Of a stretch of DNA of 64,000 nt, positions 9,242-19,326 are shown in pieces. This DNA is from an uncultured delta proteobacterium (lineage in GTDB: Bacteria > Desulfobacterota > Syntrophia > Syntrophales > Smithellaceae). A model generated the notes under the pieces. That model did no database searches, was not told where the DNA came from, and saw only the letters and a list, made by a program, of their open reading frames with translations. Each line of letters begins with the position of its first letter. The first letter of the stretch is position 1. The DNA lies in the NCBI GenBank assembly GCA_963851005.1, contig CAWKNI010000008.1, positions 155,199 to 219,198 on the forward strand, in the 5' to 3' direction. The position numbers and the translations under genes are program-made.

Positions 9242-11068
9242 ATGCTAAATAAAATAAATATCAGTCCAAACAAACAGAAACTGATTGTTTATATCGTTCT
9301 TACTGTCGTTACCCTTGCTGTTTTTTGGCAGGTGAATCAATATAACTTCGTCAATTTTGATGATAACATGTATATCACAAGGAACAGTCATATCCTGTTA
9401 GGATTAACGACAGAAGGAGTTCGCTGGGCTTTCAGCACAATAAGCATAAAACAGACCGGTTTATGGAACCCTCTGGTCTGGCTTTCCTTCATGATCGATT
9501 ATCAACTTTATAGCTTGAATGCCGGGGGTTATCATCTTACCAATCTTATTCTGCATGTAATGAGCGCTTTGCTGTTATTCTGGCTTTTCAACCGCATGAC
9601 CGGGGCGATCTGGCGCAGCGCCTTTGTTGCGGCTCTTTTTGCCCTTCATCCTCTTCATGTGGAATCTGTCGCCTGGATTGCTGAACGCAAAGATGTTTTG
9701 AGCGCGTTTTTCTGGATGCTGACACTTTGCCTGTATGTCTATTACACGGAAAAGCCAGTTATAATGAGGTTTCTGCTGGTTCTTTTGAGTTTTGCCTGCG
9801 CTCTTATGAGCAAGCCTATGGTTATCACTCTGCCTGTTGTGATGATACTTCTGGATTACTGGCCGCTAGACCGTCTTCAATCGCGGAAAATCGTTACAAA
9901 TATGCCGGAAGTTATGTCTGTTTCAAGTCAAGGGAAAAAGAAAAACAAGTTAAAAACAGAATCTATAAAGAAAAATACATCTTCACGCCATGACCGAAAG
10001 TTATCAGAAACTAAGATTGGGGGAATAATTCCAATATGGCAATTGTGGGAAAAAATACCCTTTTTTGTTCTTTCCTCAGTTCTTACTATCAGCATACTTT
10101 ATGCTCCAAACGAGCAGCGCGTAAAACATTTTCCCCTAGGTGCCCGTATTGAAAACGCGCTTGTTTCTTTTGTTATATATTTAAAGAAAACATTTTGGCC
10201 TGATGACATGGCCGTTTTCTATCCTTTTCCAGATCAAATTCAGGCAAGGGAAGTTTTGTTTGCTTTTTTGCTTATCCTCATTATCAGCGCTGTCGCCATT
10301 GCAATGGTGAAACGTAAGCCATATCTCTTTGTCGGATGGCTATGGTACGCAATAACTATTCTGCCGGTTATTGGGATCATTCAGATCAGCGCATACGCAA
10401 TGGCCGATCGCTATACTTATTTGCCCTCTATCGGCATTGCCATAATGTTGGCTTGGAGTATTCCGCTTTTATTCCCACGCGAAGATATGCGCAAAAAGAT
10501 TTTATTCCCATTAAGTATAGCCGCCTTGGCCATCCTGGCAGTTTTAGCGTGGCAGCAATGCGGCTACTGGAAAAACAGCATCACTCTTTCTAACCACGCT
10601 TGGCAGATAACAAAAGATAACTATGTTGCGCATACCAGCCTCGGCGCCGTCCTGTTTTCTGAAGGAAAAACCGAGGAGGCTATTGATCATTATAACAAGG
10701 CCATCAGCATAGCGCCCGATTATTTCCTGCCCTACAATAACAGGGGAATTGCTTATGTTAAACTCGGTCAATATCAACTTGCCATTGAGGATTCGAATAA
10801 AGCCATTAGTCTCAAACCGGATTATGCCGATGCTTACAATAACAGGGGAAACGCTTACAATAAACTCGGTCAATATCAACTTGCCATTGAGGATTACAAT
10901 AATGCCATCCGCATAAAACAAGATTATGCTGATGCCTACAGCAACCGGGGTGTTGCTTATTTATTGCAAGGCAACAAAAAGCTTGGCTGTCTTGATGCAC
11001 AAAAAGCATGTGAATTAGGAAATTGCAAAATATTAGAAATAGCCAAAAGTAAGGGCGACTGCCGTTGA
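9242..11068 (+). CDS. TMTC-like GT-C membrane glycosyltransferase with C-terminal TPR repeats and 4-Cys tail (paralog 1)
   Basis: 608 aa. First-loop NFVNFDD, HPLHVESVAWIAERKD (DUF1736/TMTC-like) and multi-TM N-domain. Four 34-aa TPR units NRG.AY..LGQYQLAIED. Tail GCLDAQKACELGNCKILEIAKSKGDCR. Confidence 0.7.
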   Translation: MLNKINISPNKQKLIVYIVLTVVTLAVFWQVNQYNFVNFDDNMYITRNSHILLGLTTEGVRWAFSTISIKQTGLWNPLVWLSFMIDYQLYSLNAGGYHLTNLILHVMSALLLFWLFNRMTGAIWRSAFVAALFALHPLHVESVAWIAERKDVLSAFFWMLTLCLYVYYTEKPVIMRFLLVLLSFACALMSKPMVITLPVVMILLDYWPLDRLQSRKIVTNMPEVMSVSSQGKKKNKLKTESIKKNTSSRHDRKLSETKIGGIIPIWQLWEKIPFFVLSSVLTISILYAPNEQRVKHFPLGARIENALVSFVIYLKKTFWPDDMAVFYPFPDQIQAREVLFAFLLILIISAVAIAMVKRKPYLFVGWLWYAITILPVIGIIQISAYAMADRYTYLPSIGIAIMLAWSIPLLFPREDMRKKILFPLSIAALAILAVLAWQQCGYWKNSITLSNHAWQITKDNYVAHTSLGAVLFSEGKTEEAIDHYNKAISIAPDYFLPYNNRGIAYVKLGQYQLAIEDSNKAISLKPDYADAYNNRGNAYNKLGQYQLAIEDYNNAIRIKQDYADAYSNRGVAYLLQGNKKLGCLDAQKACELGNCKILEIAKSKGDCR

Positions 11069-11261
11069 TTAATTTGGGGAATTCCAAAACTGATTACGAA
11101 TAGTAATCCTCAATTCTAATAACTGCCTACCACTAAACAGTTGTAGGTGCAAGATTCGAGTATTTTTTAGTCTTGAATTTTGTCAGTAATTAGTAGCGTT
11201 TAATATGAGGTTGCTTTGATTATTTTTTTACCTCGCAAATATAATCGTGTTTTCTAGTGAA

Positions 11262-11440
11262 ACCCCTTCCGGCAGGAGCCGGAGGCTCCCTTTAATAATG
11301 AGTCCCAAATTTCAGAAGCGTAGCACACTGAAACTTGCTGGACGAATTATCCCGCGAAGCAGAGGATAATGCGACCTCCCGCGTCCTACGGCGCGACCCC
11401 CCGGCAGAAGCCGGGGGATTGCACGTAGCGGGATTCGTTC
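11262..11440. repeat. F-type composite GC-rich repeat, copy F1
   Basis: ccttccggcaggagccggaggctccc and ataatgcgacctcccgcg...cggcagaagccggggg modules recur at 45343-45380 and 50575-50700. Confidence 0.75.
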
Positions 11441-13614
11441 ATCGCGGCGACTTTTGTTCGGGCTTCATCGTTGAGAAATTCCCACAGGCCGATTTTTTTG
11501 AGAGTTTCGACTCTGGGAATGCCGGCCGCACTCCAACCGCGCTGGGTGTAATATATACTAATTAATTTCTTCAGTTCTTCTTTCCGATGCTTCATCAGGA
11601 TGTCGCGCTTCTCGGCGGTTTTCATTTTTTGTATTTCATCAAGCGGCTTTTTCAGAATGGAGCCGAGTTGCCGATCGTTATAATCTTTTTCTTTCTCATA
11701 AAGGATATCTTCCGTGGGACCGATCGCCCTATCCGGAATCCAGTCACGCTCACCTGTTTCTTTATCATAGGCCATAACGTTCATTACCCGTTGCAAATTG
11801 ATGTCCCTGTCCGTCTGTTCGAAAATCTGCTCCCAGGTCATATTTGTTCCCAGCATGCCGTTGTAGAAATCGGCATATATTTCCTGCGAGGCGGGATTGA
11901 TGTAGATATCCGTATTCTTGTAACTGCTGGAATCGGGATTGAAGACATCCACCCACGGCAGTTTGCACAAGCCAAGATTGTCGTTGCCCAGACGCACACG
12001 CGGATAAGTGATCAGCGCCTGCGCCTTGGCTTCAAAAGTGGGAAACGCGCCCAGTAAATCAACCTTGATAAGCCAGGCGGCGGCATGATGCGCGCCGATA
12101 TCGCTGGCTGCCGCGTAAGAACCCTGCATGGATAAAGACCGGTGCGTCCGGTAAAGAGAGAAAGGCAGTCCCTTGACCTGCATGGCAAATTGTTCCAGTT
12201 CTTTGCGGGGATTTGGTTTGCCGGTTCGAGAGGTGTATCCTTCGCCGATCCATTTGATAAGTTCCAGCATGCCCAGGCCTGCGATGCTTGTCAGCGCCGT
12301 CTTGCGGTAAGCAATATCATGGATAAACTGTAACGCGGCCTGTTCATCTCCCCATTCAAGTTCAAAGCCGTCTGTGTCTTCCTTGGTCAGATAACCTCGC
12401 TGATAGCATTCCATGACAAAAGCCATGATTACCGCGGTGGTAATCGTATCTATTCCGTAATTATCGCAGTGCCAGTTGGCTTCCATAATGAATTCAGGAT
12501 TCCACATGCCCAGGTTGGAGCCGAAACCGGCCGCAGTTTCATATTCGGGGCCGTCCACCCAAACCTTTTTGCCTTTGTGCTCGCCGGAAGTCAGAGTTAC
12601 CCAACCTCCCTTGGTGCATCTCAGATTACAGCCGGGGAAACAGCCGTCCATGCCCCGATGGTCAAAAAGATGTTCGGCGTAATTTTTCCCGCAGATTTGT
12701 CCCGCCCGCGGGTCTGAACCATACTGGTAGTTATTTACAGGCAGTGACTGGTAATTGTCTTTATTCATGAAAGCAATGAGGCCTGCCGAGCCTTTGCGGT
12801 ACATTTTAAGTGATTGGGGATCGACCTCTTTGACAATCTTGTGAAGTTTTGCGCCGGCCAGCTTTACTTTCTCCCAATCCGCCGCCCCATAAGGATTTTC
12901 ACCATGCGGAAAACCGGCCAGCACCACAATCGCCCGGATGTTTTTATTTATCATGACGGTGCCCAAACCGGTGCGGCCTGCCTGCTTGGTCCTGAATAAT
13001 CCTTTTGTTCCATCCACGGGTTTTACGGCATCATAGTAATGGCTGTTGATACAGCCATACATAGTATTGGCGGCGCCGATGCCCGTCGTTAGAAAGACGA
13101 TATCTTTCTTTTCATGTCCGGCATGAAGAAACTGTTCGACAATTGCTTTTTCCAGATCGAAGACCTGATCCATCACCGGAGCTTCGGTTATATATATCTC
13201 TCTTTTAAAACCGTCGATTACAATCATGACATTTTTTTCGCTAATGCCTGTAATCTCGAGGGCATCAAAGCCCGCGTATTTCAGGTAAGCTCCAAAATGG
13301 CCGCCAAAATTAGATACACCCGGAATGCGCGTCAGAGGCGATAAGGAAACAGCCATACACTTGCTTGTTCCCGGAAATTGCGGAATTCCGCCCAGCGGCC
13401 CCGGCGCAAAGATCAGCGGATTTTCCGCATCGTCAGCAGTTGTTTGGGCATTAACTTTTTTATGCAGAAGATAAAGCCCCAGACCACGGCCGCCAATGAA
13501 AAAATCGCGAATCTTCTCATCAAGCGGCTGCGGATTGATTTTGCCGGTTCCCAAATCAATGGTCAGGATTTGATTGGCATAACCATGGCAAAGCTGCTTT
13601 TGCGTGTATTTCAT
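11386..13614 (-). CDS. aor: Aldehyde:ferredoxin oxidoreductase family (tungsten/molybdopterin) enzyme
   Basis: 742 aa; AOR N-domain (ILTIDLGTGK..., GGRGLGLYLL) and C-domain with Fe-S/pterin-binding regions; last ~16 codons and the stop lie inside repeat F1. Confidence 0.85.
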   Translation of the reverse strand: MKYTQKQLCHGYANQILTIDLGTGKINPQPLDEKIRDFFIGGRGLGLYLLHKKVNAQTTADDAENPLIFAPGPLGGIPQFPGTSKCMAVSLSPLTRIPGVSNFGGHFGAYLKYAGFDALEITGISEKNVMIVIDGFKREIYITEAPVMDQVFDLEKAIVEQFLHAGHEKKDIVFLTTGIGAANTMYGCINSHYYDAVKPVDGTKGLFRTKQAGRTGLGTVMINKNIRAIVVLAGFPHGENPYGAADWEKVKLAGAKLHKIVKEVDPQSLKMYRKGSAGLIAFMNKDNYQSLPVNNYQYGSDPRAGQICGKNYAEHLFDHRGMDGCFPGCNLRCTKGGWVTLTSGEHKGKKVWVDGPEYETAAGFGSNLGMWNPEFIMEANWHCDNYGIDTITTAVIMAFVMECYQRGYLTKEDTDGFELEWGDEQAALQFIHDIAYRKTALTSIAGLGMLELIKWIGEGYTSRTGKPNPRKELEQFAMQVKGLPFSLYRTHRSLSMQGSYAAASDIGAHHAAAWLIKVDLLGAFPTFEAKAQALITYPRVRLGNDNLGLCKLPWVDVFNPDSSSYKNTDIYINPASQEIYADFYNGMLGTNMTWEQIFEQTDRDINLQRVMNVMAYDKETGERDWIPDRAIGPTEDILYEKEKDYNDRQLGSILKKPLDEIQKMKTAEKRDILMKHRKEELKKLISIYYTQRGWSAAGIPRVETLKKIGLWEFLNDEARTKVAAMNESRYVQSPGFCRGVAP

Positions 13615-13695
13615 TTTTTAGTTCCTTAAAGAATAATCTCTGCACATTGGAAAAAAGGACAGGATTTAAATAATTTTATATCGATGTTATCTTGA

Positions 13696-14556
13696 CTAGA
13701 AGTCGCGCGGCAGTTCTTCCAACTCTGCCAGGGAGAAAACGGGACCGTCGCTGCAAACGTATTTGTATCCGACATTGCAACGCCCGCATTTACCGATACC
13801 GCATTTCATCCGCATTTCCAGCGACGTGAGAATGTTTTCTTTGGAAAAACCGAGATCGAAAAACACCGGCAGTGTGAATTTAATCATGATGGGCGGCCCG
13901 CAGATCACGGCCACGGAATTTTTCGGCGACGGGGCGACATCCTTGCACACTGCCGGCACAAAGCCTTCTCTGCCCTTCCATATGTCATCACGCTTGTCCA
14001 CGGTAATGATGGTTTTGATATCGTCTCTTTTCTCCCAGGCGGCCAGTTCATCCTTATACAAAAGCAGGCCGGGAGTTCTCGCGCCGTAAATCACCGTGAT
14101 TTCGCCGAAGCGCGAACGGTTGTCTTTATGCAGCATATAATTGATTAGAGAACGCAAAGTCGTGAAAGCGAATCCGCCGCCAACAACGACAATATTCTTT
14201 TTCTCCAAAAATTCAATCGGCCAGGAATTGCCCAACGGTCCGCGCAGGCCGATTTTCGCGCCTTCATCCATATCATGCAAGGCTGCCGTCACTAAACCGG
14301 GCTGGATGGCGCCTGCTCTTTGAACCGTAAATTCCACATAACCCGGTTCGGTCGGCGACGAGACAATGCCTATGGGTGATTCACCTTGCCCATAAATAGA
14401 CAGTTCGGAAAATTGGCCGGGCAAATACTTGAATTGGGCTTCGTCTTCTTTATTCAGAAATTCCAAACGAAACGATTTGATGTCATGGGTATCCACTTCG
14501 TCGATGATTTTTATGATTTCAACCGGCATGGGAATGTATGGATTATTTGAACACAT
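13696..14556 (-). CDS. FlxA-like FAD/NAD(P)-binding oxidoreductase with C-terminal [2Fe-2S] (HydG/AsrB-like)
   Basis: ATG 14556 after GAGGA (track start 14568 is TTG); VVGGGFAFTTLRSL nucleotide-binding fold, CGIGKCGRCNVG..C cluster; paralog of 24786-25625. Confidence 0.8.
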   Translation of the reverse strand: MCSNNPYIPMPVEIIKIIDEVDTHDIKSFRLEFLNKEDEAQFKYLPGQFSELSIYGQGESPIGIVSSPTEPGYVEFTVQRAGAIQPGLVTAALHDMDEGAKIGLRGPLGNSWPIEFLEKKNIVVVGGGFAFTTLRSLINYMLHKDNRSRFGEITVIYGARTPGLLLYKDELAAWEKRDDIKTIITVDKRDDIWKGREGFVPAVCKDVAPSPKNSVAVICGPPIMIKFTLPVFFDLGFSKENILTSLEMRMKCGIGKCGRCNVGYKYVCSDGPVFSLAELEELPRDF

Positions 14557-14577
14557 ATTTTTCCTCAACTATTTTAT

Positions 14578-14665
14578 TGTGAAACTCAAATTTCAAAAAC
14601 GAAGTGCATTGAAATTTGTAAGTTGAACAATCCCGCTACAAGCGGAGGGTACTATAGTACCCGTG
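14578..14665. repeat. D-type double-hairpin repeat, copy D4
   Basis: gtgaaactcaaatttcaa..ttgaaatttgtaagttgaacaatcccgctacaagcggaggg parallels 43020-43100, with different but still complementary stems. Confidence 0.75.
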
Positions 14666-14684
14666 ATTTCTGTTCTTTTTCGCG

Positions 14685-15722
14685 CTACGCCTTCAATGCC
14701 TCGTCCACAATAGAAAAGATATCGATATTCACCGGGCAGTGGCGCGTGCACCGGCCGCAGCCGACGCAGGAAATCACGCCATATTTACGGATGTGGAATG
14801 AATATTTGTGACAGACTTTCTGGCGCAGACGCTGATAGACTTTCGTGCGGGGGTTGTGACCGCTGGCCTCCAGCGTGAAATCCGTAAACATGCAGGCGTC
14901 CCAAACGCGGCGTCTTGTGCCTCTGCTGAAAAGCGTCTCATCGCAAATGTCAAAACAGTAACAGGTGGGACAGACAAAAGTGCAGACGCCGCAACTTAAG
15001 CAAGCATCGGACACCTTCTCCCAGAATTCTGTTTTATGGAAAAGGTCTTCCAATTTCTTGGCGACAACCTTCGTATCGACACAGATAAAGCGGGTTTTGA
15101 ACAAACGTCCCGCGGCAACGGTTTCATCGAAATACTTCAGTTCATCTGTTGAAACGTCCGCGAGTGAACTTAATCCTACCAGCAGATTTTCTCCCTTGGG
15201 TGTGACGGCTTTTAAAAGCAGATCACCGCCTTTTTTAATCATGAAGATGTCGCTTCCTTCCGGATCAGCCGCGCCAATTCCCAGCGTCGAATAAAAATCC
15301 GCTGTGTCAGCCGGCATGTTCGGGTCAAAGGCATAACCGAAAATGGTTGTAGCTTCTCTTCTTTTTTTCCAATACGGATCCACAGCTCCTGTGCCGGAAA
15401 AATGAATATCCATGATTTCAAAGCTCTTCACGTCGCAGGGGCGGACGCCAAAAAGAAAAACCGGTTTTAAATTCAAATCCACACACTGCGCGTCCAGAAC
15501 GGATTTGTTTTTATTATAAAGCACAAAATCTTCCGTCTGCGGAAAGAAGGCCGACTTGGGACTCATTAACGTATTGTAGAAATCCAAGTCCATTTTTTTG
15601 GCATCGGAAATTTCGCGGAAATTGAAGCCCGCTTCTTCCCGGACGGGCGCGACAAGCGTCCCTTTCTCCATCAGTTGCGCGGCCAGATCAGATATTTTTT
15701 GAAATGCTGTTTTCTTCAACAC
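14685..15722 (-). CDS. FlxB-like 2x[4Fe-4S] protein (sulfhydrogenase beta/AsrA-like)
   Basis: 345 aa; CLSCGVCTFVCPTCYCFD and CVGCGRCTRHCPVNI motifs; paralog of 25640-26662. Confidence 0.8.
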   Translation of the reverse strand: MLKKTAFQKISDLAAQLMEKGTLVAPVREEAGFNFREISDAKKMDLDFYNTLMSPKSAFFPQTEDFVLYNKNKSVLDAQCVDLNLKPVFLFGVRPCDVKSFEIMDIHFSGTGAVDPYWKKRREATTIFGYAFDPNMPADTADFYSTLGIGAADPEGSDIFMIKKGGDLLLKAVTPKGENLLVGLSSLADVSTDELKYFDETVAAGRLFKTRFICVDTKVVAKKLEDLFHKTEFWEKVSDACLSCGVCTFVCPTCYCFDICDETLFSRGTRRRVWDACMFTDFTLEASGHNPRTKVYQRLRQKVCHKYSFHIRKYGVISCVGCGRCTRHCPVNIDIFSIVDEALKA

Positions 15723-15735
15723 AACAAATCTCTCC

Positions 15736-16602
15736 TTAGTCTAAAATTTTATCGGAATCATCCACGCGGAAATTGACCAGCACGGGCTTATCTTCAATGC
15801 TCATGCCGGCGGCCTGACCGAACATTTCCTCACATCCCTTCGCCACTTTTTTGTGGAACAGATAAAGCGGAATGTCCACCGGGCAGGCGCGTGAACATTC
15901 GCCGCAATCAATACATCGGCCGGCCAGATGATGGAATCTCGTTAGATGATACATCAGATTGCCGTGTGATTCCGGCGATTTTTCTCCCCACTTGGGCTTG
16001 TTCTGATCGATAAAGCAGGGATCGCAGTAACACATCGGACAAGCCTTGCGGCACGCGTAACAACGGATGCAGCGATCCAATTCCTTTTTCCAGAAAGCCC
16101 AGCGCGCGTCCTTATCCATCGCTTCATATTCGGCAAGAACATCATAAGGCGAAACCACGGGCTGACCGTGCACTTCCTCACCCAGCAGGATATCGTAAAT
16201 CACCGGATTATAAATCCCGCCGGTGGTTTTGCTGTCGATAATTTCGCCTGTTTTGAAATTCTTCATTCCATAAACCGGAATGCCCAAAATGACCAGGTCA
16301 TCACGTTTCACCTTCTCTTCCTGAATCAGCTGAATCACCGCGCGGCTGTCAGCAGCTTTCACCGCAATGGCAATTTTTGTTCCGCGCGGATAACGAACCA
16401 GATAACGCGCCATGTTGGCCGTGCAGTATTCGTTAAAGACAATATTCTCTATGTCGGAAGTTTTTCTGGCAACATAGGGCATGGGGTGTTTTTCATCATA
16501 GCCTTTACAGTAGGCCATTACAACGCTTACCTTGCCTTCCTCCAGTAACTTCCCGGCTTCAGTCTTTAATTTATCTTCAATTTGCTTAAAATTGATGCTC
16601 AT
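15736..16602 (-). CDS. FlxC-like 2x[4Fe-4S] protein
   Basis: 288 aa; CIRCYACRKACPMCYC and CIDCGECSRACPV motifs; 4-nt overlap with the upstream mvhD-like gene; paralog of 28104-29114. Confidence 0.75.
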   Translation of the reverse strand: MSINFKQIEDKLKTEAGKLLEEGKVSVVMAYCKGYDEKHPMPYVARKTSDIENIVFNEYCTANMARYLVRYPRGTKIAIAVKAADSRAVIQLIQEEKVKRDDLVILGIPVYGMKNFKTGEIIDSKTTGGIYNPVIYDILLGEEVHGQPVVSPYDVLAEYEAMDKDARWAFWKKELDRCIRCYACRKACPMCYCDPCFIDQNKPKWGEKSPESHGNLMYHLTRFHHLAGRCIDCGECSRACPVDIPLYLFHKKVAKGCEEMFGQAAGMSIEDKPVLVNFRVDDSDKILD

Positions 16603-17042
16603 ATCTTCTCCAGCGTGGGCTGTTGTTCTATCTTAAACTTGTTTTGCGACCCCAGTTTTTTCACCTGCCCGGTGAACTCGGTCACAACCTCGGCAAATTT
16701 GTTGCCTTCAGATGCGGAAATCCATTCGACCCGGAACCGTCCCGGTTCCATGCCGGCAAACTCCAGTATTTTTTTGGTCACAGCCAGCCTTCTGCGCGCG
16801 TATAGATTCCCTGTGTTGTAATGGCAATCTCCCGGATGACAACCGCCGATCAGCACGCCGTCCGCTCCCAGTTGAAAAGCGCGAAAGATAAATGAAGGAT
16901 TGATGCGGCTGGAGCACATTACGCGGACAACCCGCACATTTTGCGGATATTGAAGCCTTGTCGTTCCGGCCAGATCCGCTCCGGTATAAGTACACCAGTT
17001 GCAGGCTATGCCCAGTATTTTCGGTTCAAATGACATAAACAT
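16599..17042 (-). CDS. mvhD: MvhD/FlxD-like protein (methyl-viologen-reducing hydrogenase delta subunit family), Cys form
   Basis: 147 aa; ACNWCTYTGADLAG...GADGVLIGGCHPGDCHY signature. Confidence 0.85.
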   Translation of the reverse strand: MFMSFEPKILGIACNWCTYTGADLAGTTRLQYPQNVRVVRVMCSSRINPSFIFRAFQLGADGVLIGGCHPGDCHYNTGNLYARRRLAVTKKILEFAGMEPGRFRVEWISASEGNKFAEVVTEFTGQVKKLGSQNKFKIEQQPTLEKI

Positions 17043-17080
17043 TTCCTTTCCCTATAGAAAAAAACCTACCTTTAAATATA

Positions 17081-17203
17081 TGTCGTTCAAAAATGTCCCG
17101 TATGCGCGGCGCGCAAGGCTTTCGGAGTGAGGCGTATATTCTAATACGCCGCAGCGACGAAAGGCCGAAGCGCAACAAAGCAGATGGGCGTTTTTCAACG
17201 ACA
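17081..17203. repeat. C-type long-hairpin repeat, copy C1
   Basis: tgtcgttcaaaaatg...gaggcgtatattctaatacgcc...gaagcgcaac..cgtttttcaacgaca fills the flxD-hdrA intergenic gap; related copies at 20521-20646 and 24596-24652. Confidence 0.8.
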
Positions 17204-17206
17204 TAC

Positions 17207-19156
17207 CTAGAATTCCATTAAACCTTCCATCTCAGCCAATACCTGATCATTCGTAAAGTGCCGCGCAATAATTGCCGAGGCAGGACAAACGGACGCGCAA
17301 AGACCGCAGCCTTTGCACAACGCTTCATTGATCTCAGAAACGCCTTTTTGCTCATTAAAAAACGGCGCACCGTACGGGCACACCCGCACGCAGTTCTGAC
17401 AGGCACAGCAGGATGCCGGATTGACCATCGCCGTGGTCGCTTCCAGTTCCATTTTATCTTTCACAACAATCGTCAGAGCTTCAGCCGCCGCGCCGTTGGC
17501 CTGCGCCACGGTATCGGGAATATCTTTCGGACTCTGGCAAACACCGGCAATGAAGATTCCCTCCGACATTGTGGACAGAGGAGCAAGTTTCGGATGCCGC
17601 TCCATGAAGAAACCATTCTTGTCCGTGCTCAAATTAAAGAGCCTCGCGATATTCTTGGAATCTGCCCTCGGAATCATCGCCGGTGAAAGCACAACCATAT
17701 CCACCGGCAGTTTAATGAATTTACCGGTAATCGTATCTTCCGCTTCCACGATCAGACGCCCCTGTTCATCAACGCTTTCGGCCACGCGCGCACCTTTGCC
17801 GCGGATGAATTTAACATCCTCTTCAATGATACGGTTGTAAAATTCTTCATAGCCTTTGCCGGCTGCGCGCATATCAATGTAGAACTGATAGATATCAGCG
17901 GACGTCTTTTCTTTAAAAAGATGGGCGAACTTTAGTGAATACATGCAACACACCCGGCTGCAATGTTCATAATTATTTTTATCGCGGCTGCCTATACAGT
18001 GCATAATGGCGATGGCCTGCGGCTCTTTGCCGTCGCGCAGTGTCACCTTGCCACCAGTGGGACCGGCGGAATTAAAGAGTCTCTCCACTTCCAATGCGCT
18101 GTAAACCCCCGGATATTTGCCATAGCCGTATTGAACGAGCGGTTTTGTATCCATCAGATCAAAGCCTGTGGCCACGATAACCGCGCCAACTTTTACTGTT
18201 GTAAAAGTATCCTGCTGTTCATAGTCAATCGCTTTTTGTTCGCAAACCTTCTGACAGAGTTTGCATTTCCCTTTGATAAAATAAGTACAAGATTCTCTGT
18301 CGATAACCGGTTTTTGCGGCACGGCCTGCGGGAAGGGAATATAAATGGCTTTCCTTTTCACCAGACCTTCATCCCATTCGGAGACGCCCTTACCGGGACA
18401 CTTCTCCGTACAGGCCAGACAGGCATTGCATTTGCTGTGATCGATATAACGCGCTTTCTGTTTAACGGTAATATCAAAATTACCGACATATCCCTTGACC
18501 TCACTTACTTCGCAATAGGTCATCATAGTTATATTTTTGTGCTGCAATACTGCATCCATCTTGGGCGTCAGAATACAGGCTGAGCAATCCAGCGTAGGAA
18601 ATGTTTTGTCGAACTGGGCCATGTGCCCGCCGATGGTGGAATTCTTTTCAACCAGATAAACTTTCTTGCCGGTATTGGCGAGCTCGAGCGCGGCCTGAAT
18701 TCCGGCAATGCCGCCTCCGATAACCATAACGTCAGGATTGACATCAATTACGCGCGATGTGAGCGGCGACAAAAGCCTTGCGCGGTAAACCGCGCCGTTG
18801 AGCAGGGCCTTGGACTTTGCTGTTCCTTCTTCAATGTCATGCGTGACCCAGGATACCTGTTCGCGAATATTGACAATCGTCAAAAGGTATTTATTCAGGC
18901 TGGCGTTTTCGATGACTTTGCGGAATGTCTGCTCGTGCATCAACGGCGAACAGGCCGCCACGATCACGCGATCCAGCTTATGCTCCTTGATGTCGCTGGC
19001 AATCATTTCCTGGCCGGGCGTGGAACACATGAATTTGTAATCTTTCGCGACGACAACATCAGGCAGTGTGGAAGCGAACTGCGCCAGTTCGCTTACCCGA
19101 ATCGTTTTGGCTATATTCAAACCGCAGTGGCAAACAAAAACACCAATTCTGCTCAT
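17207..19156 (-). CDS. hdrA: Heterodisulfide reductase subunit A (HdrA)
   Basis: 649 aa; GVFVCHCGLNI N-domain, VIGGGIAGIQAALELA FAD fold, CSACILTPK, CIGSRD...CSRVCCMY, C-terminal 2x[4Fe-4S]. Confidence 0.9.
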   Translation of the reverse strand: MSRIGVFVCHCGLNIAKTIRVSELAQFASTLPDVVVAKDYKFMCSTPGQEMIASDIKEHKLDRVIVAACSPLMHEQTFRKVIENASLNKYLLTIVNIREQVSWVTHDIEEGTAKSKALLNGAVYRARLLSPLTSRVIDVNPDVMVIGGGIAGIQAALELANTGKKVYLVEKNSTIGGHMAQFDKTFPTLDCSACILTPKMDAVLQHKNITMMTYCEVSEVKGYVGNFDITVKQKARYIDHSKCNACLACTEKCPGKGVSEWDEGLVKRKAIYIPFPQAVPQKPVIDRESCTYFIKGKCKLCQKVCEQKAIDYEQQDTFTTVKVGAVIVATGFDLMDTKPLVQYGYGKYPGVYSALEVERLFNSAGPTGGKVTLRDGKEPQAIAIMHCIGSRDKNNYEHCSRVCCMYSLKFAHLFKEKTSADIYQFYIDMRAAGKGYEEFYNRIIEEDVKFIRGKGARVAESVDEQGRLIVEAEDTITGKFIKLPVDMVVLSPAMIPRADSKNIARLFNLSTDKNGFFMERHPKLAPLSTMSEGIFIAGVCQSPKDIPDTVAQANGAAAEALTIVVKDKMELEATTAMVNPASCCACQNCVRVCPYGAPFFNEQKGVSEINEALCKGCGLCASVCPASAIIARHFTNDQVLAEMEGLMEF

Positions 19157-19190
19157 ACTATCTCCCTAATTTGACCTTTGAATAATCATC

Positions 19191-19282
19191 TGTCATTTCG
19201 ACCGTAGGGAGAAATCTTATAAAATAATAATATAAAAAAGATTTCTCGTCATCCCGACTCGTCGGGACTCCTCGAAATGACA
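19191..19282. repeat. E-type hairpin repeat, copy E1
   Basis: tgtcatttcga...gagaaatct...agatttctc...tcgaaatgaca; related units at 48352-48462 and inside both MITE copies. Confidence 0.75.
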
Positions 19283-19326
19283 CAGACAAATGTTTTTCAA
19301 AGGTCTCATATTTTTATATCTTACAT

